From Felis catus (lineage: Eukaryota), in NCBI RefSeq assembly GCF_018350175.1, contig NC_058368.1, positions 232,068,001 to 232,132,000 on the forward strand: DNA of 64,000 nucleotides, read 5' to 3'. Both the position numbers and the translations under genes were made by a program. Under the pieces are notes generated by a model, which saw nothing but the letters and a program-made list of their open reading frames with translations, was not told the origin of the DNA and did no database searches. This document shows, one piece after another, positions 26,381-40,683 of the stretch. Numbering within the stretch: position 1 is the stretch's first letter; the number at the start of each line of letters is the position of its first letter.

Positions 26381-26936
26381 GAAGTTACATACCGTTTTTA
26401 ATATTTTATGGAGGAGGCGTTGGTGTTTGGAGAGTTTCTGCGATTTAACCATCACCGCCCAGCTGGTACGTAGCCGCGCTGAGATTTGGATCTGGGTCTG
26501 TTGGGCTCCAGAGGACAGTCTCTTAATCCCCAGCCGACAGGCTGCCTCACTTGCTCATTGCTACTGCTTACTATACCGCGTATAGACAGCTGGCAGACAG
26601 GGAGTGTAACTGTTAATTTATCATTATAACTTATATCTGGACGTTAGACTGGGTTTCCTGGAAGTCGGAGACGGGGATTCATAGGCTTGTGCTGTATGGA
26701 GGGCGTGTTCTCGGCAGGTGGGGAGTGAGGAAGATAGCAGAGAACAGAATTAGGCAGGAATTTGCTCTCAGCTGGAGTCTAGTGTCAACTTGATCCCAAG
26801 GGAATTCTGGAGCCTAGATAAGATCTCAGTTGGTCCCCTTTGAGGCAAGGGGGATGATTTATGCTCAGTTCCCCCTTGTCCTTCCATCATTAGCTACTGA
26901 TTTTTGCATCTGGGGGAAGTTGGTCACACAGCCGTC

Positions 26937-27155
26937 TTTTTTTCAAAAAAATCTTTGTAAATGTTTATGTATTTTTGAGAGGGAGAGAGAGCGCGTGCGA
27001 GCACGTGAGCAGGCAGAGAGGGAGGGAGCAGAGGATCTGAAGCAGGCTCTGAGCTGTCAGCGGAGAGCCCGATGTAGGGCTCGAACTCATGAACCGCAAG
27101 ATCACGGCCTGAGCTGAAGTCGGAATCTCAACAGACTGAGCCACCCAGGCTCCCC
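26937..27155 (-). mobile_element. Can-SINE with a 21-bp tandem duplication at its 5' junction
   Basis: ...gactgagccacccaggctcccc head; duplicated unit at 27139-27180. Confidence 0.9.
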
Positions 27156-28053
27156 GGTCAGCCACCCAGTCTCCCCGGTCACATGAGTCTTCTAACGAGG
27201 TTGCGCTCATCAGCCAAGAGCGGTTTGCAGAGAGGGGGGGCATCCGCGAGCCAGTACCAGCCAAAGCTGACGGCAGCCAGTGACAGGTGCGCTGTCGTGG
27301 AAGGAGAGCCGGGTGAGGCCCTGAGAGCGCCCACTGCGGTGTGTGTGCCACTCAGCGTGTTTGCGTATTTTACTTGGGCTTGTCTTGATGCTCTAGACCT
27401 GGCCTGCCAAGACCTGCCCCTGCCACCGCAGTGAAATGTTTGCACGTCTGCTCGATTGTTGAATGCATTCTGTTGTATCGTGCGTGGCTTTGTTCTTAAC
27501 GACTGTCCCTATGCGTTTCTGAATTTCTGCTCCACTTGCAGCCTCAAAAGCGAAATTGAAGATGCATGAATATTTTTCTTAGGGGTGTGTGTCCTTTAGT
27601 TTCTCGAAATGAAGTCAGGAAGTTTCTGTGAGCCAACAGCAAATACTGCCTGACAATCGTAGGCTGCTAGATAAACGGAGGGGTCCTTTTCATTTATCTA
27701 AAATGCATTTCTACCTCTATTTCAGAAGTGGCCCCAGCACCTGACAGGACTGCTGAATGATGGTCACGCTTAGATTCTCTGCCCTGCTTTCATCTTCCTT
27801 ATTTGTGCGCCTCTCCCCAGATGCTGACACAAATAGATAAGCCACCGTCCCAGAAGAACCCTTTGTTTCAGAGATAAGTAAAGGATTTCTTGTTTGTGTA
27901 GGAAATTACAGATTCTGGAAGCAGAATCTCCCAGTGACCTAGGGGCTTACTGAGAATGAATGGCAAGGGAGAAATATAAATGAAAAACGCATGAGTTACA
28001 TTGGCCTACCATTCTCTACAGTGACTGGACTGAAAATCCTGATTTGGTCATTC

Positions 28054-28296
28054 TTTTTTTTTTTTTTAATTTACAGGTTTTTTATTAAATTTATTTATTT
28101 GTTTTTGAGAGAGAGAGAGCGAGTGAGCGAGCGAGCAGGGAGGGACAGAGAGAGGGGGGGGGAGAGAGAATCCCAAGCAGGCTCCACAGTTAGGACAGAG
28201 CCTGACGTGGAGATCAACTCACGAACTGTGAGATCATGACCTGAGCTGAAATCAAGAGTTGGACGCTTAACCGACTGAAACCACCCAGGTATCCCC
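28054..28296 (-). mobile_element. Can-SINE
   Basis: Antisense SINE body. TSD cctgatttggt(c/g)att on both sides. Confidence 0.92.
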
Positions 28297-28445
28297 TGAT
28301 TTGGTGATTATTTAGCATATGAACTATTTGGCATCCTGAACTTATTCGGTAACTGTGATTCAGTTCAGTAGGTAGAGCTGTGATGGACACTGCCCCTGTT
28401 TAATATATGTTTATCAAACTCTCTGTTGTTCTTGAATAGCTAACA

Positions 28446-28682
28446 TTTTATTTTATTTTATTTTATTTTATTTTATTTTATTTTTATTTTTATTTGAGAG
28501 AAGGTGGGGAGAGGCAGAGGGAGATTGAGAGAAAGAGAGAGAGAGAGAGAGAGACAGAGTCCCAAGCAGGTTCTATGCTCAGTGCAGAGCCTGATGTGGG
28601 ACTTGATCCCACTACCCTGGGATCATGACCCGAGCTGAAAATAAGAATCTGATTCTCAACCAACTGAGCTACCCAGGTGCCC
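28446..28682 (-). mobile_element. Older Can-SINE with (TTTTA)n tail
   Basis: ...ctgagctacccaggtgcccc head; degenerate TSD aat(a/g)gc(t/c)aac. Confidence 0.9.
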
Positions 28683-28846
28683 TATAATGGCCAACCTTTT
28701 AGAGTTTATATGTAACCTTTTTATTAGGTCACGATGTTTCACCAGTTTGCATCAGTTTTTACTGGCCTAGGGGCTTGCCTCTTTCAACTGACAGGATATG
28801 ACCTCTGTTATCATTTGAAATGGGCTGATCGTACAGTTTAATTCTT

Positions 28847-29028
28847 TTTTTTTCAATACATGAAATTTATTGTCAAATTGGTTTCCATACAACACCCAGC
28901 GCTCATCCCAAAAGGCGCCCTCCTCAATACCCATCACCCACCCTCCCCTCCCTGCCACCCCCCATCCACCCTCAGTTTGTTCTCAGTTTTTAAGAGTATC
29001 TTGTGCTTTGGCTCTCTCCCACTCTAAT
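28847..29028 (-). mobile_element. Heavily 5'-truncated felid L1 (3' UTR end only)
   Basis: tgaaatttattgtcaaattggtttccatacaacaccca... matches the L1 end at 36861. Perfect 16-bp TSD gtacagtttaattctt at 28831-28846 and 29029-29044. Confidence 0.93.
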
Positions 29029-29410
29029 GTACAGTTTAATTCTTGACTTTCAACCCTGTTTCTCAATTTTGGAGGATACTCAGTTATCGTTTACGTGTTT
29101 TCTGGAAGGCACCGAGGTAATTTGCCCACTCAGATATTCACTATTAGATGCATTCTACTTAATAACAAATTAAGTATGGGTATGTATGAAGTGAAGTCCA
29201 AATACGTACATTTTTTTTCTGGAAATTTTTAATCATCATTTGGATAAAGGAGCATTGAAATCAAAAGTAGTCTGAAAAGTACAGCCATCAGTTTCTGGTT
29301 CAGGAAGGTGGAGACACAGTGATACTGATACTCCACCCATTAAAACAGCATTTAAATGACAATAAAGATATGTAAAAGTTAAAAGTCTATGAATACTAGG
29401 AATGGAATCA

Positions 29411-29475
29411 TATCTGTATCTCTATCATCTATATCTATATCTATGTCTATATCTATATATAGATATCTATATATA
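29411..29475. repeat. (TATATC)n/(TA)n microsatellite
   Basis: Directly visible. Confidence 0.85.
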
Positions 29476-30329
29476 CCAAACTATTTGAAGACATTTTTTA
29501 AAGGATACAAAGCACCCTTTATTTGGAAATTTGGAAATATCTAAGAACAGAAGATGCCACAATCCAAAACATGGTGGTAAAAGCCAGATAAAACAACCAA
29601 AACTAATTACTTCAGATGAAATGGTAATTGTCCAAGGAATACAATATGACGTTAAAGAGATTCCAAATATTATATTCAGTGGGATTCAGGAAACTATTAC
29701 AGCTATTCAGTAAATATGATCACCTCAGCTCTCTCCTGACATATTATTTTGAGAACAGAGACAATATTTAAATGTTACAAGTTCACAAGAGCAAGAAAAG
29801 TGGGAAAGGAGGTAAATCTAGTGTGGGTTCAGCTAAAGGTTGAACCTCCAGTAGATTGCTGGTCAGAAGGAGAGAAACCAGCAGACGTTCACTCGCACAC
29901 AGAAGCATAGCTACAAATTAAAGATGTGATGGACCTCAAACACATGGCCAATCTTCCCCTGAAGATGTTTGCCGAAATGTGGTAGTCCTATGGCTGAAGG
30001 TCTAAGCTACAACAGAGTAGAAGGAATCTCCCACTTGTTTAAAGGACCAAGGAACTAAATACCCGATAGGCTACTGCCTAAAAACTTGGAGAGTCCACGC
30101 TCTAGAAACAAAGATGAATCAGAAGTTTATTGAATCTCTCCAGATTGCACCTCAGCCCTGACTCGGCTTAGTCCCTACCTTCACCCCCCTTTCCCTCCAG
30201 ATCTGCTTTACAGAGGAAAAAAGCAACCGTCTCTGAAGGAATATTTCTTGGTGGAAGTAGCATCATTTAGAGTCTCTGCAGTTGGCTTGCAGCAAAATAT
30301 TCCAGACATGTGAAAAGGCAAAAACCCTG

Positions 30330-30830
30330 TGACAGATAAATTAGGTAAACTCAGGCAATAGAATGAAACCCACAGATGATCCAGTTAGCATAGTAAACTG
30401 GAATTTAGTTGCTGGAAAGTATCTAGCCTGAGGTGTGGAGAGGAATTAGCAGAAAACATGTTAAAAGTAAGAGACACATGTTGAGTTCAAAATTCGATCT
30501 CACCTATAATTTGAGTCTCAAAAGGAAAAGAGAGAAAACAAAGTAGTAACTATATTCTTAGCAATTATTGCTGACACTTTACAGAAATGATTGAAGACAT
30601 CATTCACCAGATTTAGACATTCAGCGAGCACCAAGAATGATAAATAATACAAAGCCACATCTAGACACATAATGGTTGAAAGCCTGAAAACCAATGACAA
30701 AGAGAAACACCTTAAAAATGAACCATAGTGGGGAGAAAAGGACATATAATGCTCAGCGGAGTAGAAGTAAGATTTACAGCTGATTTTTCAATGGAAACTG
30801 CAAATAGTAGGAGGCAGTGGAGGGAGGGGT
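30330..30830 (+). mobile_element. Ancient L1/HAL1 ORF1-region remnant
   Basis: ccacatctagacacataatggttgaaa...gacaaagagaaa...agatttacagctgatttttcaatggaaactgcaaatagtaggaggcagtgg resembles the L1 ORF1 C-terminal region (ORF track: VRFTADFSMETANSRRQW). Confidence 0.65.
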
Positions 30831-31700
30831 TAGATTTCCAGATCTTCCCTCACTTTGTACCTCAGCACGACAGCTCCTGTGTCACCCTGAAAGAAGACAG
30901 AGGCTTGAGTTTGGAACATGAGAAACCTAGAAATGTATCAGACTGGGGTACCTAGAAATAGCTTAGATCTTCAATTAAAAAAAAAAAGGACACGAAATGT
31001 AAGGCTCTGTAGTGTGGTCCCAGCTCCTTTCCCCTGTGGGTGGTGTTCATGCTCAGGAAAAATAGGCACCGCTAACTCCTGGCCTACAAAGCAATTCATG
31101 TACCCAGCTCTTTTTGTTTTGTTTTGTTTTACATTTCTCATGATGAAAAATAGGCGATGAAACCAATTGGATGAGAAACCTGGAGGAAATAGAGACAGGA
31201 AGTTACCATTCATGTTTGCTGAAATCAGGGAAGATTCTGCATCCGTTAAACAAAGACAATAAAATATTCAGTCTATTAAAATGGCCTTTCACAGATTGTC
31301 TTTACTACATGATTAAAAAATGATGTCAACAGTTAGCAAGACCATAAATTTGATGAAATCTCCCGGAAAGGTGAACAGGGACTGAGAGATGGGACGTGAA
31401 GGAACGCATCTGAACAGTGTCTCATTTATATGCCAGGCCTGCACTAGAGGCTCCCACAGGACATAGAGAGGGAGAAAAATCTGGTGAGGGCAAAGAGAGG
31501 TAATTGCGGAAAGGTTGTGCCCTAGGCTGTAGGAGCAGGTTGGAGTAGGTAGAAGAGTGTCAGAAGGTGTCTTTCCAGGAAAATAACCATCATGGAATAA
31601 ATACCTGAGGTGTTAGTATGTGTTTGGAGAAAATGTAAACTTACAGTTGGGCGTTGGGAACAAATCAGTAGTAAGTACGTAGAAAAAGAAACCAGGGCCC

Positions 31701-32061
31701 TGCTATAGACAATGTTTGTGCCCCGCCCCCACCTCCAAATTCAGATCTAAGAACTTAACCTCCAAAGGGATTGGTTTGAACGTGAGGTCTTTGGGAGATG
31801 AACAGGTCGCGAGGAGAGAGCCCTCATGAGTGAGATTAGTGCCCTTAAAAAAGAGACCCCAGAGACCTCTCTTCTACCCTGTGAGCTTATAGAGAAAAGC
31901 ACTATCTGAGCCAGGGAGCAGATCCCCACCAGACACCGAATCTGCCAGCACTTTGATCTTGGACTTGCTAGCCTCTAGAACTGTGAGGAATAAGTTTCTG
32001 GGCTTTATAAACTACCCAGTTTATGGCATTTTGTTATAGCAGCCTGAACAAACTTAAGACA
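31701..32061 (+). mobile_element. MLT1A-like MaLR solo LTR
   Basis: TG...CA ends; gagccctcatgagtgagattagtgccctta, accagacaccgaatctgccagcac, cctctagaactgtgag, ttgttatagcagcc. Confidence 0.85.
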
Positions 32062-33155
32062 AGACTGTTATTAACTCCAAGAAAAACAAAATTGTTTTGA
32101 GAAACATTTCTCACTTTATGGCACATCTGTGAATAGTATCGACATAGTCATAAATATGTAAATGCTGAATATCCAAGCAGAATTATGATAAAACAATATT
32201 GAGAAAACAGGGACAAGAGAAGGTATGTGTATTGATGCGAGGAGGATAGGTTGAAGAAGGAGCCAGTAAATGATATTTTTCAGCTGAAAAAAAATCAAGA
32301 AACAGCAGTAAAATAATTTTATTTAGAGATTTGGAGACAAATGTCAAAATAGACTGTGGAAGAGTTGAATGTTCCTACTTTGAACAGCATATGGACACAA
32401 CATAGAGGGCTTACTTGAGTCTTTTGTTTTAGCTTCTGTGGATATCTTTATAAATTAAGTGCATGTTCAACTTTAGTTAAAAAATAGTATAAATATGATA
32501 TTGTATTCATAAAGTGTGAGAAGACTTCCATGGGAAGGAAAAAACAGTTCAAGAAAGAATTCATAGAAATAAAAATATGATGTCTCACATATACAACTCA
32601 TCACAAATTATGCAAAATGCAATTAGAGGGTTCCATAAAAATGCCTTTAAGAACAAAGTAGATATTTTTATTCAAATCACAAGGTTAACAACTGAGAAGT
32701 GGTTAATTACATGAAGATTATTTTTATCAAAAGGAAAAGTAGAAATGCAATTAGAAATTCTATGGGGAAACCAAGATAAATAATAAGTATACAAGTAAAT
32801 GGTGCTCCAAATATAAAACAAACCGGATGATTTTGAATATAAAAAAGCAAAAGCAACAAATATGGGTGGAACATAAGAGCCCCAGTCTTTATTTGTGTGT
32901 AATTTCTTAGGATTTATTTATAGTTCACAATATAATCAATTTTCAATGGTGTTTGTTTTATTTTTCCCTAACAAGTTATTTGTCTCATGAATGGGATATT
33001 TTGCTGGGTAAATGTTCATCTTCTCCCTTCTGTGTTTCTTTGAGTATCATGATAAAAATAAGCTTATAGTTCAAAATTTGTTCCTCGTCAAAATATTTTA
33101 TATAGGACTTGTTAAACTTTGTAATTTTCAAGATTTTTTGGGGGGTGGGGAGAGG

Positions 33156-33699
33156 TAAGTTCTTATTTAAATACCGGTTAACTAACATGCAGTGTAATAT
33201 TCGTTTCAGGAGTACAATATATTGATTTCACAATTCCATACAGCACCCAGGGCTCATCACAACACATGCACTGCTTTATCCCCATAACTTGCTTTACCCA
33301 TCTGCCTCTGCCCCCCACCTCCCCTGTGGGACCTGAAACCATCAAAATTCTAGCAGAGAACACAGGCAATAACCTGTTTGACATCAGTCGTAGCAACTTC
33401 TTTCTAGATAGGTCTCCTGAGGCAAGGGAAACAAAAGCAAAAATAAACTATTGGGACTTCATCAAAATAAAAAGCTTCTGTGCAAGAAGGAAACAGTCAA
33501 CAAAAGTGAAAGGCAACCTATGGAAGGGGAGAAGATATTTGCAAATAACATATGGGATAAAGGGTTAGTATCCAAACTATACAAAGAACTGATACAACTC
33601 AACACCCCCAAATGAATAATCCAGTTAAGTAACGGGCAGAAGACATGAATAGATACTTTTCCAAAGAAGACATCCAGATGGCCAACAGACACATGAAAA
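33156..33699 (-). mobile_element. Carnivore L1 with 5' inversion: antisense 3' UTR (33156-33325) fused to sense ORF2 fragment (33325-33699)
   Basis: Left part is an antisense L1 3' end. Right part encodes PETIKILAENTGNNLFDISRSNFFLDRSPEARETKAKINYWDFIKIKSFC (L1 ORF2p-like) on the + strand. Confidence 0.85.
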
Positions 33700-33835
33700 T
33701 GATTGTTTGTTTGTTTCTTCTGATTCTTCTTAAATTGCTAATCTGAGTTTTCCTACATGGACATGGGTTTCTCTTTAAAGAAACGTGGTTGGAAATTAAG
33801 CAGCTACATTGATGACTTCATCATCTACATGTTTA

Positions 33836-34063
33836 TTTTTTTTTTTTAATTTTTTTTCAACGTTTTTTATTTATTTTTGGGACAGAGAGAGACAGAGCAT
33901 GAATGGGGGAGGGGCAGACAGAGAGGGAGACACAGAATCGGAAACAGGCTCCAGGCTCCGAGCCATCAGCCCAGAGCCTGACGCGGGGCTCAAACTCATG
34001 GACCGCGAGATCGTGACCTGGCTGAAGTTGGACGCTTAACCGACTGCGCCACCCAGGCACCCC
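33836..34063 (-). mobile_element. Young SINEC_Fc-type SINE
   Basis: Perfect TSD catcatctacatgttta at 33819-33835 and 34063-34079. Confidence 0.96.
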
Positions 34064-35051
34064 ATCATCTACATGTTTAAAACTTTTTTTTTAATGGTAC
34101 CTTTAGGAATGTTTTTTGGAGCTTATAAGTTCAGTAAAGAAATAGGAAGTTCAGACATTCCTTCAGCTTGATCTCAACTTGTTTTTCTTCTTAGTATATA
34201 AATTAAATTTATTATTTGAAATATGTAAGTCAGCAGTGGTGATATCCTTGTAGTGGGTGGTTTGGATTTTTCTTTTTGTGCTTTACCATAATTTTCCAGA
34301 TTGTTTGCTGTATGTATGCTTATACGCTTTTCTTTTCTTTTTTTTTTTTTTTTGTAACAGCATAAACTAATCAATTAAATAGACTCATGAAGAAAACAAA
34401 CAACAAAAGCCAAAAAAATTTAAACCTGGTTTCAAAACTTCTTTCTGTATTATAATTAGTGTATGTTAGGGATTCCCATTCCGTTCTCTTTGCTTAAGCC
34501 TTGTCTGAGTCAAGGAGGAGAAAGAAACACTGAAAGAATGGGTATATATCTTCTTTTTCATACATAAAGTTCCGTGCTATGCTAGCAGGTGCACTTAAGA
34601 TTTCTGAGCTTTAGAGCAGCTGTCTCAGTATCTAAAGCGCACTGACTTTGTCTAGATTGGCTAATATTCATATCATGGGAATGTCGATGCCTCTTTGATG
34701 CCTAGGATCATGCCTTGGTGATCACTGCACTTCTACTCTGAGAAACAGCCGTGAATGAGCCAGGTTCATGAGCATGAACATGAGCCTGAAATGAAACATG
34801 CTATTTTCATCACTGTCTGCCGCATAGCCTCACTGTGAAGATAAAGAAGGTACGAGGTTCAGTTTGGCTTTCGTGTTGGTTCAAACACGCGATGGCTTTC
34901 TTGTATCTACAGAATCGGCAACAGGGTTAATAGAGCAAGGATGTGCTTTAACCTGCAAGGGGCTTCTGTTCACTGCTCGCTTCTCTCTTTTCCTTCTTGG
35001 ATTCTTAGGGCCCTACTCTCTACGATTCTTGCAGTATTGCTGGTGACACGG

Positions 35052-35547
35052 TGTGGTAGTTTAAAAATTGGCTCCCCCAAAGATGTCCGTCCTAATCCCT
35101 GGAACCTGTGAATGCTGCCTTATATGGCAAAACTGTGGTTAAGAATCTTGGGATGGGGAAGTTATCTTGGATTATGTGAGCAAGTCCTAAATGTATTCAC
35201 AAATGTTATTTTGGGAGGGTGGTAGAGTGATACTTTATACATGCCTGTGGAGGAGAAACCCATGTGAACATGGAGCAGAGAGAGACTTAAGAGGCTGGCC
35301 TTGAAGGTGGGAGTGATGTGTCCACAAGCTAAGGCATGCTGCAGCCACCAGAAGCTGGAAGAGATATGGAAGGTTCTTTCCTAGAGCCTCTGCAGGGAGC
35401 GTGGCTCTGCTGATACCTTGATTTTGGTCTAGTAATACCAGAAGTTTCTAACTTCTGGCCTCTAAGACTGTGAGAGATTAAAGTTCTATTGATTTAAGCT
35501 ACCAGGTTGATGGTAAGTCATTAGAGCAGCCACAGGAGATTAATACA
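35052..35547 (+). mobile_element. MLT1 (C/D-like) solo LTR
   Basis: tgtggtag...cccccaaagatgtcc...ctaatccctggaacctgtgaatg...ccaccagaagctggaagag...agcagccacaggagattaataca. Confidence 0.85.
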
Positions 35548-36363
35548 CAATGGCCTCCGTTTCCCTGATCTCACAAGTGGGATGCTGACCCCGGAAGCCT
35601 AGTAAGAGTGTCCCATCTCCGTGGCCCAGGGTTCTGAAAGCAACCCACGTGCAGCTCATTGGTGGCCTTTAGGGGACTTTGAAATATGCCCTGAGAGAAA
35701 TGGGGATGATCTCTTTTTCTTTGCAGTCATGAGCTTGAAGGATGATGTTAACCATAGGCTACTTATGTCCTTCTTGTCAGTGTGTGGTACCAGCCCAAGA
35801 AAGAGGCCCAGCAGAGCCCATCATAACTAGGAATGGACACCGTTGAATTCTTGTGGCATGCTCTGAACCTCTGGGCTAGTCTGTGCTTCAGTCTGGTTTT
35901 CTCATCTTGTGCTTTCCGGTTATAAACTATTTGAAAGCTGTAGCTTAAACTGATTGGAGTTGAGTTCTTATCATTTGTTGCGAAGACAGTCCTAAGGGCT
36001 TGGTTACAATAAATTTGCTTCTGTCTGCTGCTCACATTAAACCTTCTCAAGCCAGATTTGAAGGCCAGTGTATATTGATTTTGAGATTCCTGATGCTTAT
36101 GAGTTTGCTGCTTAAAATTTGTCTACCCTTTGGGTGAAGAGGCTGTCCTGAGTGTTGGGTCTGATGCATACCCCAAGTGGGATTTTCTTCTGTTTAAAAA
36201 ATGAATGTTATCATTGGTTGAGGGAGTCATTTAGGTCATGAGACACACGTTTGGCTTGTAAATACAGATCTCACAAAATATATTTGGAAGTCACATTTAA
36301 ACTAGGTATCTTTGTCCATTAGAAAGGATACGAGTCAAGCCTGACATACTATCTTTTTAGTAG

Positions 36364-36803
36364 TGTGTTAGTTTTCCTAGGGTCTGCTATGCCAATTATT
36401 ACAAATTTGGTGGCTTAAAAAATAAAAATTTATCCTCCTATAGTTCTGGAGGCCAGTGGTCGGAAATCAAAGTATCAGCAGGACCACACTCTTGTCAGAG
36501 TTTCTAGGGGAGAATATGTCTTTGTTTCTTCCAGCTTCTGGTAGCTTCAGGAGTTCTTGTCTTTTTGGTCTAATCTCTGCTGCAACTTTGTATGGCCTTC
36601 TCTCTATCGGAGTGTCTCAAATATCCCTTGGCTGTTTCTTATAAGGATACTTGTCATTGGATTGAGGACCCGCTGGGTAATCTATGATGATCTTGGCTTG
36701 AGATCCTTGATTATATTTGCAAAGATCCTTTCTCCAAGTAAGGTCACGTTCACAGGTTCTGGGTAGATACATCTTTTGGAAGGCCACCATTCAACCCAGT
36801 GCA
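36364..36803 (-). mobile_element. MLT1 (C-like) solo LTR
   Basis: tgtgttagttttcctaggg...gtggcttaaaa...agttctggaggcca...aaggtcacgttcacaggttctggg...attcaaccca. Confidence 0.8.
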
Positions 36804-36860
36804 GGTGGTATGTGGGGACTCTTGAGAAGAAAATCTTCTCAAGTGGATGCATCATTGTTT

Positions 36861-37852
<992 letters not shown>

Positions 37853-37971
37853 TGCATCATTGTTTCGAAGAGGTTCTACCTATTTGCGGTGCCATGAGGG
37901 TTTTCTTTGTGTTAGGACTGCATGATTTAAAAAACAGAAAAAAGAAAAGACTATTTCTCTTTTTCTGTACC

Positions 37972-38210
37972 TGAGGGTTTCCTAACCATAACACTATTGA
38001 CATTTAGTTCAGATAATTCTTTTTTGGGGCGGGGGTGGGGGGGCCTGTCCTGTGCATTATAAAGTGTGGGACCGAGGCAGCAGCCCTGACTTCTGTTCGC
38101 TGGGTGCTGGTAGTACCTTGCTCCCCGGTCGTGACACCACAGACGTCTACAGACATTGCCAAGCGCCCCCTGGGGGGGTTGCAAAATCACCCGTAGTTGA
38201 GAAGCGTGGC
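37972..38210. mobile_element. MER20-like hAT element
   Basis: cactattgacattt...gataattctt...ctgtcctgtgcatt...agacattgccaa...aaaatcacccgtagttgagaa. Confidence 0.75.
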
Positions 38211-40076
38211 TCTACGCCCACATCACACAATGACGGTGATGAATGTTTTCCGACAAAAAGGCAAAGAGGTAAGAGAACAGATCAGAGAAAACAGAGACAA
38301 GTATCAACTCTGCCTTTCACAAATCTGAAACGTAAGGCATGGTTTCCTCTGACAAAACAAATGGGCTGTGGCGCGTGGAAGGACCTGTAATCTGCCCGTG
38401 TGCCCCTTTCGTGGGTGCACAGGACCTTAGATGGGCGAGGAGGTTAATGATGTCAGAGAGCTTAATTTGTCCTCACGCCGCCTCGGTGCTGTCCTGGAAC
38501 ACACCTCCCTGGGGGGGCCACACAAGGCGGTCGCAGCCTGACTCGCCCTGCTGTGCCAGAAGGTGCCACCCGTGTCCCCAAACCCCCGGGGGCAGGTGAG
38601 CACAGGCGCCTTTGGAAGTAGGGGGAAGTGAGAGGGTGCGACTGCAGTTTTCTTTCTGTTCCCATTTCGGATGTCGTCAGTGGTGACTCAGGGCAATGAC
38701 AGCGTGGGGAACTTCCAGTTGTCCTGGGAGCCAGGCCCCTGACGAAGGGCTTCAGAAGCTCCCCGTTGTATTTCAGCTGCACGAGGACGCCCGTGGTCCT
38801 GCCCCGTAAGGGAAAAAGAGAATAGGAAGTGTTGCTCTTGTCCATTCATAATCGTCCCTGCCAAGTTTTTCTTGTGAATAGTCTTTCTCTTTTTATGGTT
38901 TCAGCTAGGAAGGCGGAGAAAGATGTTGCATATTTATGGCCTGCTTCCCCAAACCTGTTCGAGTGACAGTTGTTTACAAATGAGGAGGTTCTGCCTAAGG
39001 GTGTGCCTGTAGGGGTGGTTACAGGTGGTGGCATCTGAGCCTAACCCTGCCAAGGTGACGAGGGTCACCGGTGACACTCTTCTGCCCAGCCTGCCCGCTC
39101 ACTGCCCTCCCCCACTGCTCTACCAGTCCACACCCAGGCAGGGTCGGGAAGTTGATGCAAACACGAGGCCAGCTCTGAGAAAGCCCCTGGGACGTGCTGG
39201 CCATTAACTCATCGTTCCCCAACGTGCTTGAGCTCCTCCCGTTGGACCCCTGTGTCCTCACTTTCTGTCTCTTCTGCTCTCATTCTTCTGCTGTCTGTCT
39301 AAACTCCCCCAAATCAGATGCTGGCACTTTTATTTTAATAGTCCCCCTCCCTGCCAGGCCGTTTCTTCCGTACTCCCCTGCCACTCTTCTCATTGGCTTT
39401 CTTCCATCCCAACAGGATTAGACCAGATGGACAGATGATCTCCAAGGGCCCTTTCAGCTCTAAGAGTCTAAGGTTTGCACGTCCAACTGCTATGGAGTCC
39501 CCCGTCTTCTGAACAGTTAAGCTCGCTCTCGGTGTTTAATTAATATTGAGGGCGCAGCAAATCTCGCTCACTGTGTGCCTTTAGTGGCCAGTTGACTGTG
39601 GGCTTGGCTTGTCAAGCCCGTCCAAATGGCTAACTGGTTGATCCCACACTCCTAATAGCTCCATAAGAGAAGCATTTACTTAGGCTAATGGCCTTCATTC
39701 CACAGTGGGCAGCAGTGAGGGCTGGGAGAGCTCATTACTAAAATATTATGATAATAGTTTGGAAACGGTGGGGCCATTTTAAGTGTTTGAGTATTACCTC
39801 CCTTCTTTATGAAAGGTGTCCCTCTCTAGTCTTGAGACTTCAAATTGTCAGCTACTATCCTAGTCTTGAAAAATAACCTTAATCACAGATATTTTCCTTT
39901 AGACCCCTTGTTCAAAATTCTATTCCAAACAGACAACAGATCTCACATTTAATATTCTTTATAAAACGGAATCAGGGCAGCACTCGAAAATTAAACTATG
40001 TAAACATTTTCATTATTTATACATTCATGTTTGTTTAGGAAAGACTGTTGAACAACTCTTCAGAAAAAGATGAGGC

Positions 40077-40548
40077 TGTGACATTTTTATTCTAACCAGG
40101 CTGCTGTGACAGAGGAGCAAAAACGGAGTGGTTTTAAGCAGCAGAAACGTAATATCTCCCAGGCCTGGAGGCCAGGAATCAGAAATTCAGGTGGGCAGAG
40201 CCCTGCGCTCACCGAAGTCACTGGGGGAGGGTCCTTCCCGCCCTTCCAGCCTCTGGTGTTGGCCAGTGGTCCTTGGTGTCCCCTAACTCAGCGATAGGTC
40301 ACTCCGGCCACCTGGCTGTCTTTTCTCTGCTGTCTTCACACCAGCCGCCCTCCGTGCTCATCTGTCTCAGTTTCCAATTTTTTCTTTTTTATAAGGACAC
40401 CTGTCCTATTGGATTAGGACCCAGCGTAAGGACTTCATCTTATTTCATCTCTTTAAACACCTTATTTCCAAGTATGATCATATTTTGATGTACTGGGGGT
40501 TAGGATTTCAACATATCTTTTTGGGGGGATACTATTCGGCTTTTAACA
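40077..40548 (-). mobile_element. MLT1 (B/C-like) solo LTR
   Basis: ggctgctgtgaca...gcctggaggccaggaatc...ataaggacacctgtcctattggattagg...tactgggggttaggatttcaacatatc. Confidence 0.78.
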
Positions 40549-40559
40549 CCATCAATATC

Positions 40560-40629
40560 TTTTTTTTTTTTTTTTTTTAGAGAGAAAGAGTGTATGTGAG
40601 CATGGGGTGGAGAGAGAAAGAGAGAGAGA

Positions 40630-40683
<54 letters not shown>

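Noticed and set aside
29454..29475. Perfect 22-bp palindrome tatatatagatatctatatata
   Set aside because: Expected by-product of a TA-rich microsatellite.
33266..33568. ORF with L1 ORF2p-like peptide
   Set aside because: Short frameshifted fragment of a dead L1; recorded as a mobile element.
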